64,000 bases of DNA from Myxococcota bacterium (GTDB lineage Bacteria > Myxococcota > XYA12-FULL-58-9 > JABJBS01), in assembly GCA_036339465.1 (NCBI GenBank), contig JAYZAY010000073.1:29502-93501 (forward strand), given 5' to 3'. Shown piece by piece: positions 39,908-48,996 of this stretch. The notes under the pieces are model-generated. The model worked only from the letters and a program-made list of their open reading frames with translations, did not search any database and was not told the DNA's origin. Each line of letters begins with the position of its first letter. Within the stretch, counting starts at the first letter, position 1. The position numbers were made by a program, and so were the translations under genes.

Positions 39908-40375
39908 ATGCCTAAAATCACACCCGAAAAAGTTGCGACAGCTCAAAAGAGGTGGGGCCTAGGCGTGATCGAGATTGGAGAGACCTATCAGAGCGGAGGT
40001 GATTATGCGGCCCGCGCCCGCCGGCATTTAGACGAACTCTACGGTTACCATGTAGATACAGTGGCCTTTAAGCCCACCCTAGCCAGTGACATTCCCTTTC
40101 GAGCCACCCTCGAAGGCGCCCTCTCCTACTTTGTGGCTGGGAATTCAGACTATCCTGAAGATCATGGTTTCGCCCTCAAGCCCTGGGTCGCAGTTCGATT
40201 TGATCAAGAGACCCTGATTATCCAAAACGAAAGTGCCCAATCCATGGGCCATTACTATTTTACAGATACCGTCGGCAGTGAAACCAAGGTAGAATTCTCA
40301 TTTGGCTATTTCCTTGGACCCAACGGTGCGCTGCTCATCAACCTACACCATTCCTCACTGCCTTACGGTTCCTAA
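39908..40375 (+). CDS. COG4337-type protein, probable iota-class carbonic anhydrase
   Basis: AQKRWG, FKPT, GALSYFV, EDHGFALKPW, MGHYYF, VEFSFGY and C-terminal LHHSSLPY. Confidence 0.82.
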   Translation: MPKITPEKVATAQKRWGLGVIEIGETYQSGGDYAARARRHLDELYGYHVDTVAFKPTLASDIPFRATLEGALSYFVAGNSDYPEDHGFALKPWVAVRFDQETLIIQNESAQSMGHYYFTDTVGSETKVEFSFGYFLGPNGALLINLHHSSLPYGS

Positions 40376-40687
40376 CGCGCAACAAGGCAGCCAACAGCAC
40401 TCAGAACCGCCACTCAAAGGGTCTTTGGGCATCCCAACCCATCAGGTGCAGACTTCGTTCACCGCCATGTTCTTTCCACACGCATTCACGAGCTCCCCCT
40501 CAAACCAACCGAAAAATATCCCGGGCACCGAACACGCCATGGAGCTTAAGCAGTAAACCGTCGTTGAGCTAACCTCACTGCCTCCAACCCCTTGGCCTTG
40601 ACGCCATCAAAAGAAAATCCAATACTGCCCCTGACTTTACCAAAATAATTCCCTATCTAACCACCAGAAACAGCCAAGGAGCCAACC

Positions 40688-41635
40688 ATGCGGGCCATCG
40701 CCTACCGAAAACACGGCCAGATAGAGGAACTTCAAGAAGTGGATATCCCCGAACCCAAAACGGGAAGGAATCGAGTTTTGGTGGCAGTCCATAGTATCGG
40801 TCTCAACCCCTTAGACTACCGCCTCCGGCGCGGCGAAATGGGCAAACTCACGGCATTCTCAAAGCCGAAACTCATAGGCTCCGATTTTTCCGGCCACGTC
40901 CTGGAGGTGGGCAGCCATGTTGCCGATCTGAGTAAGGGGGATCGGGTTTATGGGATGGTCTTCCAGCCACTCACGGGAACCTCCGCCGATCGCATTTCGG
41001 TAAAGAGACAAAATCTGAGTCAAAGTCCCTTTAATGTGGACGATACCACCGCAGCAACCATTCCCCTCGCCGCACTCACGGCCTATCAATCCCTCCATAA
41101 CCTCGCGCATCTCCAGGCAGACCAGCGAGTCCTGCTCAATGGTGCCTCTGGCGGTGTGGGAACCTATGGCCTCCAGCTCGCCAAAATCGCCGGCGCCCAT
41201 GTCACTGCGGTCACAAGCCACCGAAATGCGGACTGGGTGCAGGAACTCGGGGCAGATAAGGTCATCGATTATACCCAACACGACTTTACCCTCATGGATG
41301 CCACCTACGACGTGATCTTCGATGCCTATGGCAATCGGTCCTTCCCAGAGGCCCGGGCCTGTCTCACCGAAAAGGGGGTCTACATCTCCACCATCCCCAG
41401 CGTAAAAAACTTCGGGCAAAGTATGTGCAACATGTTGCGCGGTCCGCAGAACAAGATCATCATGGTGAAATCCGTGGCAGCCGACCTCGATAACATTCGC
41501 GCGCTCGTGGAATCGGGTAAACTCAAACCCATAGTGGATTCTCAATTCGAGAGGGATCAGATCCATGCAGCTTATGCCAAACTCGAAACCAAAAGGGCCC
41601 GGGGGAAAATCGGCGTCAGGATGAAGGTGCCCTAG
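40688..41635 (+). CDS. NAD(P)-dependent medium-chain reductase (quinone oxidoreductase-like)
   Basis: LNPLD, GSDFSG, NGASGGVG and ARGKI. Confidence 0.9.
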   Translation: MRAIAYRKHGQIEELQEVDIPEPKTGRNRVLVAVHSIGLNPLDYRLRRGEMGKLTAFSKPKLIGSDFSGHVLEVGSHVADLSKGDRVYGMVFQPLTGTSADRISVKRQNLSQSPFNVDDTTAATIPLAALTAYQSLHNLAHLQADQRVLLNGASGGVGTYGLQLAKIAGAHVTAVTSHRNADWVQELGADKVIDYTQHDFTLMDATYDVIFDAYGNRSFPEARACLTEKGVYISTIPSVKNFGQSMCNMLRGPQNKIIMVKSVAADLDNIRALVESGKLKPIVDSQFERDQIHAAYAKLETKRARGKIGVRMKVP

Positions 41636-41829
41636 ATTCCCCGCTTAATTCTGGTTCGTGGTACCACTAAGGACCTCTGTTTCTACAGAACCGTCATTTA
41701 CCCAAGAAGCCTCAGGCACTGCCTTCACTTGACATTCCGATTTGAATACTCCTCCCAGACATCATATGAGGTATACCGGTAACCTGGGGATGATGTTGTT
41801 TCACTGACCAACACCTAGAAGGAGATGTT

Positions 41830-42969
41830 ATGTTGCCACGTCCATTTTTCAACGACGAACACGCGATTTTCCGTCAATCCGTCAAACAATTTGTGGAAGC
41901 CGAAATAGTGCCCCACCACGAAGCATGGGAAGAAGAGGGACGAGTCTCCCGAGATTTATGGCTCAAGGCCGGCGAGATCGGTCTTCTGTGCCCTGACGCC
42001 CCAGAGGCCTACGGTGGTCTCGGCTGTGACTTTCTCTTCAACGTCATTGTGGATGAGGAACTTTGCCGGGTGGGTGCCAGCGGTCCTGGATTCGCGCTCC
42101 ATTCCGACATCGTCCTTCCTTATGTGGTTCACTATGGGACAGAAGACCAAAAGTTGGACTGGATCCCAAAAATGGTCTCAGGGGAAGCGGTGACCGCTAT
42201 CGCCATGACCGAACCCGGTGCCGGCAGCGATCTCCAAGGTATCGCCACCACCGCCGTGAAGGATAACGGTGAATATATCATCAACGGCAGCAAAACTTTT
42301 ATCACCAATGGTCAATTGGCGGACCTCGTCTTGGTGGTCGCAAAAACAGATCCCAGCCAAGGAGCCCGTGGTACTTCCCTCTTCATGGTGGATGCCAAGA
42401 GCAAAGGGTTCAGCCGCGGCAAGAATCTAAAGAAAGTGGGCATGAAAGCCCAAGATACCTCTGAACTCTTCTTCCAAGACATGCGGGTCCCGGCCACCGC
42501 GTTACTCGGAGAAGAAAATGCCGGTTTCGCCTACCTCATGCGTGAATTGGCCCAAGAGCGTCTCTCCGTGGCCATCATGGCCATGGCCAGCAGTGAAGGC
42601 GCCATGGCTTGGACCACCGACTACGTCCAAGAGCGTGAGGCCTTTGGGCGCTCCATCGCCAAGTTTCAAAACACCCGGTTCAAATTGGCAGAAATTGCCA
42701 CCAAAATCCAAGTGGGAAGAACCTTCGTAGACCGCTGCATCGAACAACACCTCAAAGGAGAGTTGTCGATTTCCACCGCAGCCATGGCCAAACTTTGGTC
42801 TACGGAAGCTCAGTTTGAAATCATGGATGAATGTCTACAACTCTTCGGCGGTTACGGCTACATGACCGAATACCCCATCGCCCGCGCTTGGGCCGATTCA
42901 CGGGTGCAACGGATATACGCTGGCACCTCAGAGATAATGAAAGAGCTCATCGCGCGTTCCGTGCTCTAG
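41830..42969 (+). CDS. Acyl-CoA dehydrogenase
   Basis: AMTEPGAGSDL, NGSKTFITNG, QLFGGYGY and RIYAGTSEIM. Confidence 0.95.
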   Translation: MLPRPFFNDEHAIFRQSVKQFVEAEIVPHHEAWEEEGRVSRDLWLKAGEIGLLCPDAPEAYGGLGCDFLFNVIVDEELCRVGASGPGFALHSDIVLPYVVHYGTEDQKLDWIPKMVSGEAVTAIAMTEPGAGSDLQGIATTAVKDNGEYIINGSKTFITNGQLADLVLVVAKTDPSQGARGTSLFMVDAKSKGFSRGKNLKKVGMKAQDTSELFFQDMRVPATALLGEENAGFAYLMRELAQERLSVAIMAMASSEGAMAWTTDYVQEREAFGRSIAKFQNTRFKLAEIATKIQVGRTFVDRCIEQHLKGELSISTAAMAKLWSTEAQFEIMDECLQLFGGYGYMTEYPIARAWADSRVQRIYAGTSEIMKELIARSVL

Positions 42970-43141
42970 AAACAACGCGTATACTGGCCCATCAAATCCA
43001 ATCGATTTAATTTTTGGTTCCTGCCCAGAGAATCAAATAGCTTGCGTCAATTCCAATCCAAAGTCGGAGGGGGGGAATGGTTGTTTCCTGATAAAATCCA
43101 TGATGTTGAAGTTCCCAAACTCTAAATTAAGAGATCAGCCA

Positions 43142-44926
43142 ATGAATAGAAAATTGCCGGCGTCCATTTTCGTCGGAGCGGTTCTCGTGACCCTTACCTC
43201 TGTTGTTTGCACCGACAATACCACCACCGTTGCAATGCCATCCACAGTCAACGCCGAAGCTTGCGAAATAGTCGAACTGAGCGCCACCATCACCAACACC
43301 CCCCAATCGCTCCAATGGAGGGTGGTGGGTTACCCCCTCCTTTATCTAGACCCCTTAGGGGGAAATAAGGTTCGCTTCAGAGCCCCCGCTGTGGCCAGAG
43401 AAACCAAATTCAAAGTAGAACTGACCGACACCGGATCCGGAGATATGGGCAGCAGTGGGACCACCGAGGTCATTGTTTCCCCCGCAGCGAAAAGTGCCAA
43501 TTTAGCCGAGGGCATGGTCCTAGATTGTGCCCCTTTTGTCTACGGCGTCGCTTCAGGCGATCCAAGCTCCGAGAGTGTGCAACTATGGACAGCGCTCGAC
43601 CCCGCCGACAGATCCACATCCCTACAGGTTCGGTGGGAGATCGCCACCGATCCCCATATGAAGGACATCCTTCAACGAGGGGCCTCATCCCTAGACTCAA
43701 CCACCGGTTTCACCGCCTCCTTCAAAGTGGATAATCTAAAAGCCAATACCACCTATTATTATCGTTTCTTCGCAGGCGCCGAACAATCAACCCTAGGCAG
43801 AACAAAAACAGCACCCATTGGAGACGCTGAAAAAATAAAACTGGCCGTGGCCTCATGCAGCAGCATTTTCTCGGGCTACTTTAACGCCTACCGAAGGATC
43901 GCGGAACGCGACGACATCGACCTCCTCATCCATCTCGGGGATTACATTTACGATTTCGTGGATGAAGATGAAGAAATAAGGATCCCAACCCCCTATCCCC
44001 AAGAACCTAAGGGGCTAGAGCAGTGGCGTGAGCGTCATCGCTATTATCTCGCCGATCCCGACCTTCGTCTGGCGCGCGCCAAACATCCATGGTTCGTAAT
44101 ATGGGACAACCACGACACCGGAAATAACCCCGCCACCGACAACGACGGTACCATTCAAGCCTTTCAAGAATGGGTTCCCATGAATATCACGGATCCAGAC
44201 CATCCCGAAATAGCCTACCGAACCCTGAGCTACGGAAATCTATTGGATGTGATTATGCTGGACGTCACCCTCCATCGCGAGGTTACCACCGTGGCCGGAA
44301 CTGCCATCAAGAGTATCATGGGACAAACTCAAAAAACGTGGCTCAGCCATACTCTATCCCAATCCAAATCTACCTGGCGCATTTTAGGAAGCCAAAAACC
44401 CGTTGCCACCATCCCAGTCCCCGAAATCGCCCAAATATTTTTTGGGCGCGACGTTTTTGATACAAATACCTGGGATGGCTACCCCGCAGAACGAAGCCAG
44501 ATCATCGGCGAACTTCAAGAGATGGGATTAAACAACAACATTTTCCTTTCAGGCGACTCCCATATATCCATTGCCATGGATATGGTGGACAACCCAACCA
44601 GCCCCCATTCACCCTATGACCCCGCCACCAGCATCGATTCCGTGGGGGTGGAACTGCTGCCCTCCAGTATTTCAAGGGGCAATCTCGACGAACGCATCCA
44701 ACTCGATGAAGACGAGTTCATAGCCATTGCGCAAGCTTTTATGGAAGCAGCGACCCACCAAGTATTTGTGGATTTTACTCGCCACGGCTACGGGCTTGTT
44801 GAAATCACTCCAGACAAATTGGTGGCGGAACTTTGGTATTCGGACATCTTGAAACCCAGTGACACCGAAGAATTGGGCGTCTCACTCACCTGTCTTAAGG
44901 ACAAAAATCAGTGGGAGCGAGAGTAA
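43142..44926 (+). CDS. phoD: Alkaline phosphatase D with an extra N-terminal Ig/PKD-like domain
   Basis: GVASGDP, HLGDYIY, IWDNHD, WDGY and LSGDSH. Start uncertain (43100 or 43142). Confidence 0.9.
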   Translation: MNRKLPASIFVGAVLVTLTSVVCTDNTTTVAMPSTVNAEACEIVELSATITNTPQSLQWRVVGYPLLYLDPLGGNKVRFRAPAVARETKFKVELTDTGSGDMGSSGTTEVIVSPAAKSANLAEGMVLDCAPFVYGVASGDPSSESVQLWTALDPADRSTSLQVRWEIATDPHMKDILQRGASSLDSTTGFTASFKVDNLKANTTYYYRFFAGAEQSTLGRTKTAPIGDAEKIKLAVASCSSIFSGYFNAYRRIAERDDIDLLIHLGDYIYDFVDEDEEIRIPTPYPQEPKGLEQWRERHRYYLADPDLRLARAKHPWFVIWDNHDTGNNPATDNDGTIQAFQEWVPMNITDPDHPEIAYRTLSYGNLLDVIMLDVTLHREVTTVAGTAIKSIMGQTQKTWLSHTLSQSKSTWRILGSQKPVATIPVPEIAQIFFGRDVFDTNTWDGYPAERSQIIGELQEMGLNNNIFLSGDSHISIAMDMVDNPTSPHSPYDPATSIDSVGVELLPSSISRGNLDERIQLDEDEFIAIAQAFMEAATHQVFVDFTRHGYGLVEITPDKLVAELWYSDILKPSDTEELGVSLTCLKDKNQWERE

Positions 44927-44948
44927 ATCAACCGGTTGATTTACTCTC
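44919..44948. repeat. Perfect 30-bp palindrome over the phoD stop codon
   Basis: GAGAGTAAATCAACC-GGTTGATTTACTCTC. Confidence 0.93.
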
Positions 44949-44990
44949 AGCGTTATTTACTCTACTCTGATTTACTCTCAGGAGATTGCA

Positions 44991-45404
44991 ATGTCAGATG
45001 CAAATAATTCAGCCCCCACCACCCACGTCCCAGGCCAGATCCCCGAAAGCGATTTCCTTGGTAATGTGCCGATTCAACTTGTTTTAACGATTCTCACCTG
45101 TGGCCTGTTTAATTTTTATTGGAACTACAGGCAGATGCAGGCCTGCAATCAAATGCTTGTTCGAAAGGAGTTCCAATTTGGTATTTGGCTGTTATTAACC
45201 ATCCTCACCTGCGGTATCTACCACCTCTTCTATCAATATAAGATGGGGATGGCCTTGGTGGAACTGCAACGAATCCGACAACAGCCCGTTTTTGAAAATC
45301 TCCCGGTATTAAGTCTGCTTGTAAGTATCTTCGGCCTCTCCATTGTCATCGATGCCATCCACCAACTTGAAATCAATAAACTCGTCGACCCCATGTTTAA
45401 GTAA
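44991..45404 (+). CDS. DUF4234-like membrane protein
   Basis: Two LTILTCG.[FY]...[WY].Y repeats and a terminal Q.EIN. Confidence 0.75.
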   Translation: MSDANNSAPTTHVPGQIPESDFLGNVPIQLVLTILTCGLFNFYWNYRQMQACNQMLVRKEFQFGIWLLLTILTCGIYHLFYQYKMGMALVELQRIRQQPVFENLPVLSLLVSIFGLSIVIDAIHQLEINKLVDPMFK

Positions 45405-45410
45405 GTTAAA

Positions 45411-45785
45411 TTGATGAATTCAGAACTTAGACTTGTGGCCGCCTCGTTACCATTGGGGATCTTGTTATTGGCAATGGCCTATTCCATCGCCGGGTTCGAC
45501 GTATTTGCGCACCTACCACCATTCGCCTTTTGCTTCTTTAAGGCTATCACCAATATTCCCTGTCCTGGATGCGGCATGGGTGGTGCTATTGTGGCCCTTA
45601 GCCAATTCGACTTTACACGTGCTATGACCTCCCATCCCTTCGCATTTCCACTCGTTTTAGGAAGTTCGGTCTATGCTCTTAAAGGAAAAATACCCTGGGA
45701 AAAATACCATCATTCAGCAGCAATGATAGCGCTGGTGGGCGTGATACTCTTGTGGGTCGATAGGCTTTACCAATCAAGGGTCTGA
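45411..45785 (+). CDS. DUF2752 membrane protein
   Basis: CFFKAITNIPCPGCGM...HP. Confidence 0.85.
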   Translation: MMNSELRLVAASLPLGILLLAMAYSIAGFDVFAHLPPFAFCFFKAITNIPCPGCGMGGAIVALSQFDFTRAMTSHPFAFPLVLGSSVYALKGKIPWEKYHHSAAMIALVGVILLWVDRLYQSRV

Positions 45786-45802
45786 TAAGAAGTAGACCGA
45801 TC

Positions 45803-46110
45803 TGTTCTCTCGCAAACTCAAATCGAATCTAAAGCCACAGTATGTTGGTCATCTAGCTTACGCCTAACTTACGCCACAAGTACAACACCGGCCGAACAAA
45901 ACGCTTTAAATCCGAGCGTAGTTCTCGTCGTCTCTTTCACTCGCCGGTGGTCTTACTCCGCGATGTCGTGAAGGTATTTCCACTGACCACCAACTTTGAC
46001 CTAGGCTTCATCTAGGAGTCAGCTCACACCAACGCGTCGTTTGTAAGACTCACATTAAACTCCCAACAAGGTCGCGTATTTCGCAACCCACCAATTCACC
46101 ATTGAATGGT
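45803..46110 (-). mobile_element. Decayed, internally deleted IS6-family element (copy A)
   Basis: Degenerate IR TGTTCTCTCGCAAA at 45803. DNA homologous to 52700-52915; the minus strand encodes HSMVNWWVAKYA...VGVS. Confidence 0.8.
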
Positions 46111-46299
46111 GAATATGTTGACATCCATGCCGGTCAGCCATTGGAGAACCGCACAAGGACCATTTGGACAATGCAAGACCGAGTCTCACAAAAACGGCCG
46201 AAAACTCCAGAACTTAAAAGCATTCCCAGGCAAGCGGTTGACGCAGAGCAAAGGAGAATAGTAATAGCCCCGAAGAAAATCGCCCGAAAGGATAGGACC

Positions 46300-46896
46300 A
46301 TGTCCAAATTCAGCTCATTTGAAAGTGCACTCAAAGAACGCGCCGGTCAACAATGTGAACTCTGCGGAACTGAGGAAAATCTGCAAGTCCTCAGCGTGGG
46401 TCCTGCCACCGCCGCCCATGCGGATCAGTGCATCCTGTCGTGCGAAATCTGCCGAGCTCAACTAGACCCCACCTCCAACTTAGAGATCAAGCATTGGTTT
46501 TGCCTCAATCAATCCATTTGGAGCGAAGTTCCCGCCGTGCAAGTGGTGAGTTGGCGACTCCTTCATCGACTGAATGGGGAGAGCTGGGCGCAAGATCTCC
46601 TGGACCAAGCCTATCTCGAAGAGTCGGTGATGGCTTGGGCCCAAGAGGGCCTAGAACAAAAGAGTGAAGACGATAACGGCATGAAAACTGAGGATTCCAA
46701 TGGCACGCAACTCTTCGAAGGAGACGCCGTCACCATCATCAAAGATCTCGATGTGAAAGGAAGCTCCATCGTCGCAAAACGAGGCACGCTGGTAAAGGGG
46801 ATACGACTCACCGACAATCCCGAACACATCGAAGGTAAAGTCAACAAAACGACTATCGTCCTCAAAACCTGCTTTCTCAAAAAAGTTACTTTCTGA
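46300..46896 (+). CDS. PhnA/YjdM-domain protein
   Basis: CELC, CEIC, WSEVPAVQV, DSNG..L..GD.V..IKDL.VKG and LKTCFLKK. Confidence 0.88.
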   Translation: MSKFSSFESALKERAGQQCELCGTEENLQVLSVGPATAAHADQCILSCEICRAQLDPTSNLEIKHWFCLNQSIWSEVPAVQVVSWRLLHRLNGESWAQDLLDQAYLEESVMAWAQEGLEQKSEDDNGMKTEDSNGTQLFEGDAVTIIKDLDVKGSSIVAKRGTLVKGIRLTDNPEHIEGKVNKTTIVLKTCFLKKVTF

Positions 46897-46939
46897 AATC
46901 TTTATTGCCATCGCCACGCCCCATTCGACGCATCGCCAA

Positions 46940-47085
46940 ACCGTCCACTGAATAATAAACGACACATTGGTCATGCGGCCCTTACATTTCGGGCCGCTTA
47001 GGAACGTCAATCTCAAAACTTGTCTCGCCGTCGTTTTAACGAAGGCCGAACACGTCGCATCATCCGGTGCCAAGCCATTCGCTTC
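46940..47085 (-). mobile_element. IS91-like transposase C-terminal remnant
   Basis: Encodes PKCKGRMTNVSFII; DNA is homologous to 60556-60657. Confidence 0.6.
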
Positions 47086-47139
47086 TTGGTGCTGCACCAG
47101 GCGTATTCACTCCCCTCCCCTTTTTGGGATTTGGGACGG

Positions 47140-47375
47140 CGGTCCGGCAATTCTTAAGCCTCCGGATATTTTATCCCATCGCTCAACTTTCGTACTCGAT
47201 TTACCTCTTTGATATGTTCTTCATCATGGGGACCTACGATACCATCATTGGCCAGGGAATGAACCCGTCTCTAGTGGAATTGGTGATGATGGGAATTCCA
47301 GCAATGATTTTTGGGACGGTGGTGATTTGCACCGGCTCGTACGTTTTCCTTGAAAAGCCGTTTATGAATTTATGA
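47140..47375 (+). pseudogene. C-terminal fragment of an acyltransferase-3 family gene
   Basis: FLSLRIFYPIAQLSYSIYL...SYVFLEKPFM; the N-terminal part is absent. Confidence 0.7.
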
Positions 47376-47536
47376 CATCATTGAGGCATCATTGAGGCAT
47401 CATTGAGCAGGAAGCTTAGTGGCACTTATTAACCATTCCTGATGGCTTACTAACCATCCTGCTTATTCGCCATTTCCTAGCGGATGGCTGACTATTTCTC
47501 CAATTTCGGTCCCAAGCAATACCTTCAATATTGTGC

Positions 47537-48342
47537 TTAGCTGCCTGTACAAAAATCGGGGTCCACGATATACGAAGAAATTAAAACTGAGGAGGGATTT
47601 ACAATGCCACAATACCTGTTTGTATATCTATTTTTGCTGACTTCGCTTTATGGTTTTTTGCCGGGCTGTGGCGCCAGTTCTGGGGAAAGTGCGACAGAAA
47701 CTTCTACAAACACAGAAACTTCTACAAACACAGAAACCTCTACAAACACAGAAACTTCTACGAATGACTCAGAGTCTACAGAATCCGCTGCCGTGATAGT
47801 CGGTGCGCTTACCTGGATGAAATGCCCTATCGGGATGACCTACAACGCAAACACCAATGAGTGTGATGGTGATTATTCGGAGCTTCGGTACTGCGCCTCC
47901 GGTGAGGAGAGCTGCAACGGCGTCAACCCCGATGAATTACTTAATTCCGATTCCATTTTTGACACTTGCGACACTTTAGACTACGCCGGCCAAACCGACT
48001 GGCGGGTTCCCAATATTGGCGAACTCACGAGTATCATTCAGTGCACCGACGGCAAAAATCCGGGGGTTGGAGAAAAGTGCGGCGACGGCAATTACACATC
48101 ACCTGCCATTGATACCTCGGCCTTTCCCACCAATTTCCCAGCCGCCTATGTTTGGTCGTCGTCAGCCCGGGCCGACTTTCCAAACGAGGCGTGGGGGGTC
48201 GGTTTAGACGATGGACACGTCTACAGCACCAATAAGGACGGCGACCGCGCAGTGCTCTGTGTCCGTTGAGCTGTGCCGAATTTCAGCACCGTTTTGCTTC
48301 TTTGAACCGATAGTGGACCCCGATTTTTGTACCGGCAGCTAA
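47537..48342. mobile_element. 33-bp inverted repeats (47537-47569 and 48310-48342) bracketing the DUF1566 gene
   Basis: TTAGCTGCCTGTACAAAAATCGGGGTCCACGAT versus the reverse complement of ATAGTGGACCCCGATTTTTGTACCGGCAGCTAA; 2 mismatches. Confidence 0.8.
47604..48269 (+). CDS. DUF1566 (Lcl C-terminal, lectin-like) lipoprotein
   Basis: Lipobox LPGC, LTWMKC, DWRVPNIGEL, YVWSSS, AWGV and VLCVR; four 18-bp TETSTN repeats at 47694-47765. Confidence 0.88.
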   Translation: MPQYLFVYLFLLTSLYGFLPGCGASSGESATETSTNTETSTNTETSTNTETSTNDSESTESAAVIVGALTWMKCPIGMTYNANTNECDGDYSELRYCASGEESCNGVNPDELLNSDSIFDTCDTLDYAGQTDWRVPNIGELTSIIQCTDGKNPGVGEKCGDGNYTSPAIDTSAFPTNFPAAYVWSSSARADFPNEAWGVGLDDGHVYSTNKDGDRAVLCVR

Positions 48343-48814
48343 CCCGCGCAAAAATCCTATTTCAGGAATTCTGAAACAACAAGTTCTATCGAAACTCGGT
48401 GATCTGCCCTAAAACTGGGCGGAAAACTGGGCACAATGGCTGGAAAATCGGAGCAAGAGAGTTGTGGCTCACGAACCACCTTGGTCTAGATGCTCTTGGT
48501 CCGACGAAGCAAAGGCCCTGCTCCATAGGTTGATGATTCGGTAATGCTGTTAACGTTGGAAAGTCTTGCCTTTAAGTAATCGTCCACAATATGCGAGACG
48601 TTTCCTTCTGTTCCCAAGAGGACCGCGGCATCCACTCCGTCTAACAACCGATTTTGGCTTTTGGTTAATTGAAGAAGAGCTTCCGCGGTAATTGCGGTCG
48701 GTCGCGACTCTTTGAGGACTGCGGCGATACCCAATGGACCTCCCGCTCCGACGGGGAAGAGTATGGCTACCTTTTTTGTGGGGTGGTTTTCCATTTTCGA
48801 CCCCCAAGCGTCAG

Positions 48815-48978
48815 GTCACACCAATGCGTCGTTTATAATGCCGGGATTGAGCTGCCAACAGGGGCGCCTATTCCGCAACCCATCGATTCACCGTTGAATG
48901 GTCAACATCGACACCACGTTCGCCCATAAGTGCTTCATTGACAACTCGGATTCGTTCTAACACGTTTGCGACAGAACC
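48815..48978 (-). mobile_element. IS6-family remnant with intact left IR (copy B)
   Basis: 48965-48978 reads GGTTCTGTCGCAAA on the minus strand; encodes LMGERGVDVDHSTVNRWVAE*APLL. Confidence 0.88.
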
Positions 48979-48996
48979 GTTTTTTGGGTTGATGTC

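Noticed and set aside
47604..48269. DUF1566 gene as a diversity-generating retroelement target
   Set aside because: No template repeat or reverse transcriptase seen in the window; a remote DGR cannot be excluded.
48486..48794. 102-aa ORF between IS remnants
   Set aside because: No recognisable family; likely a fragment.
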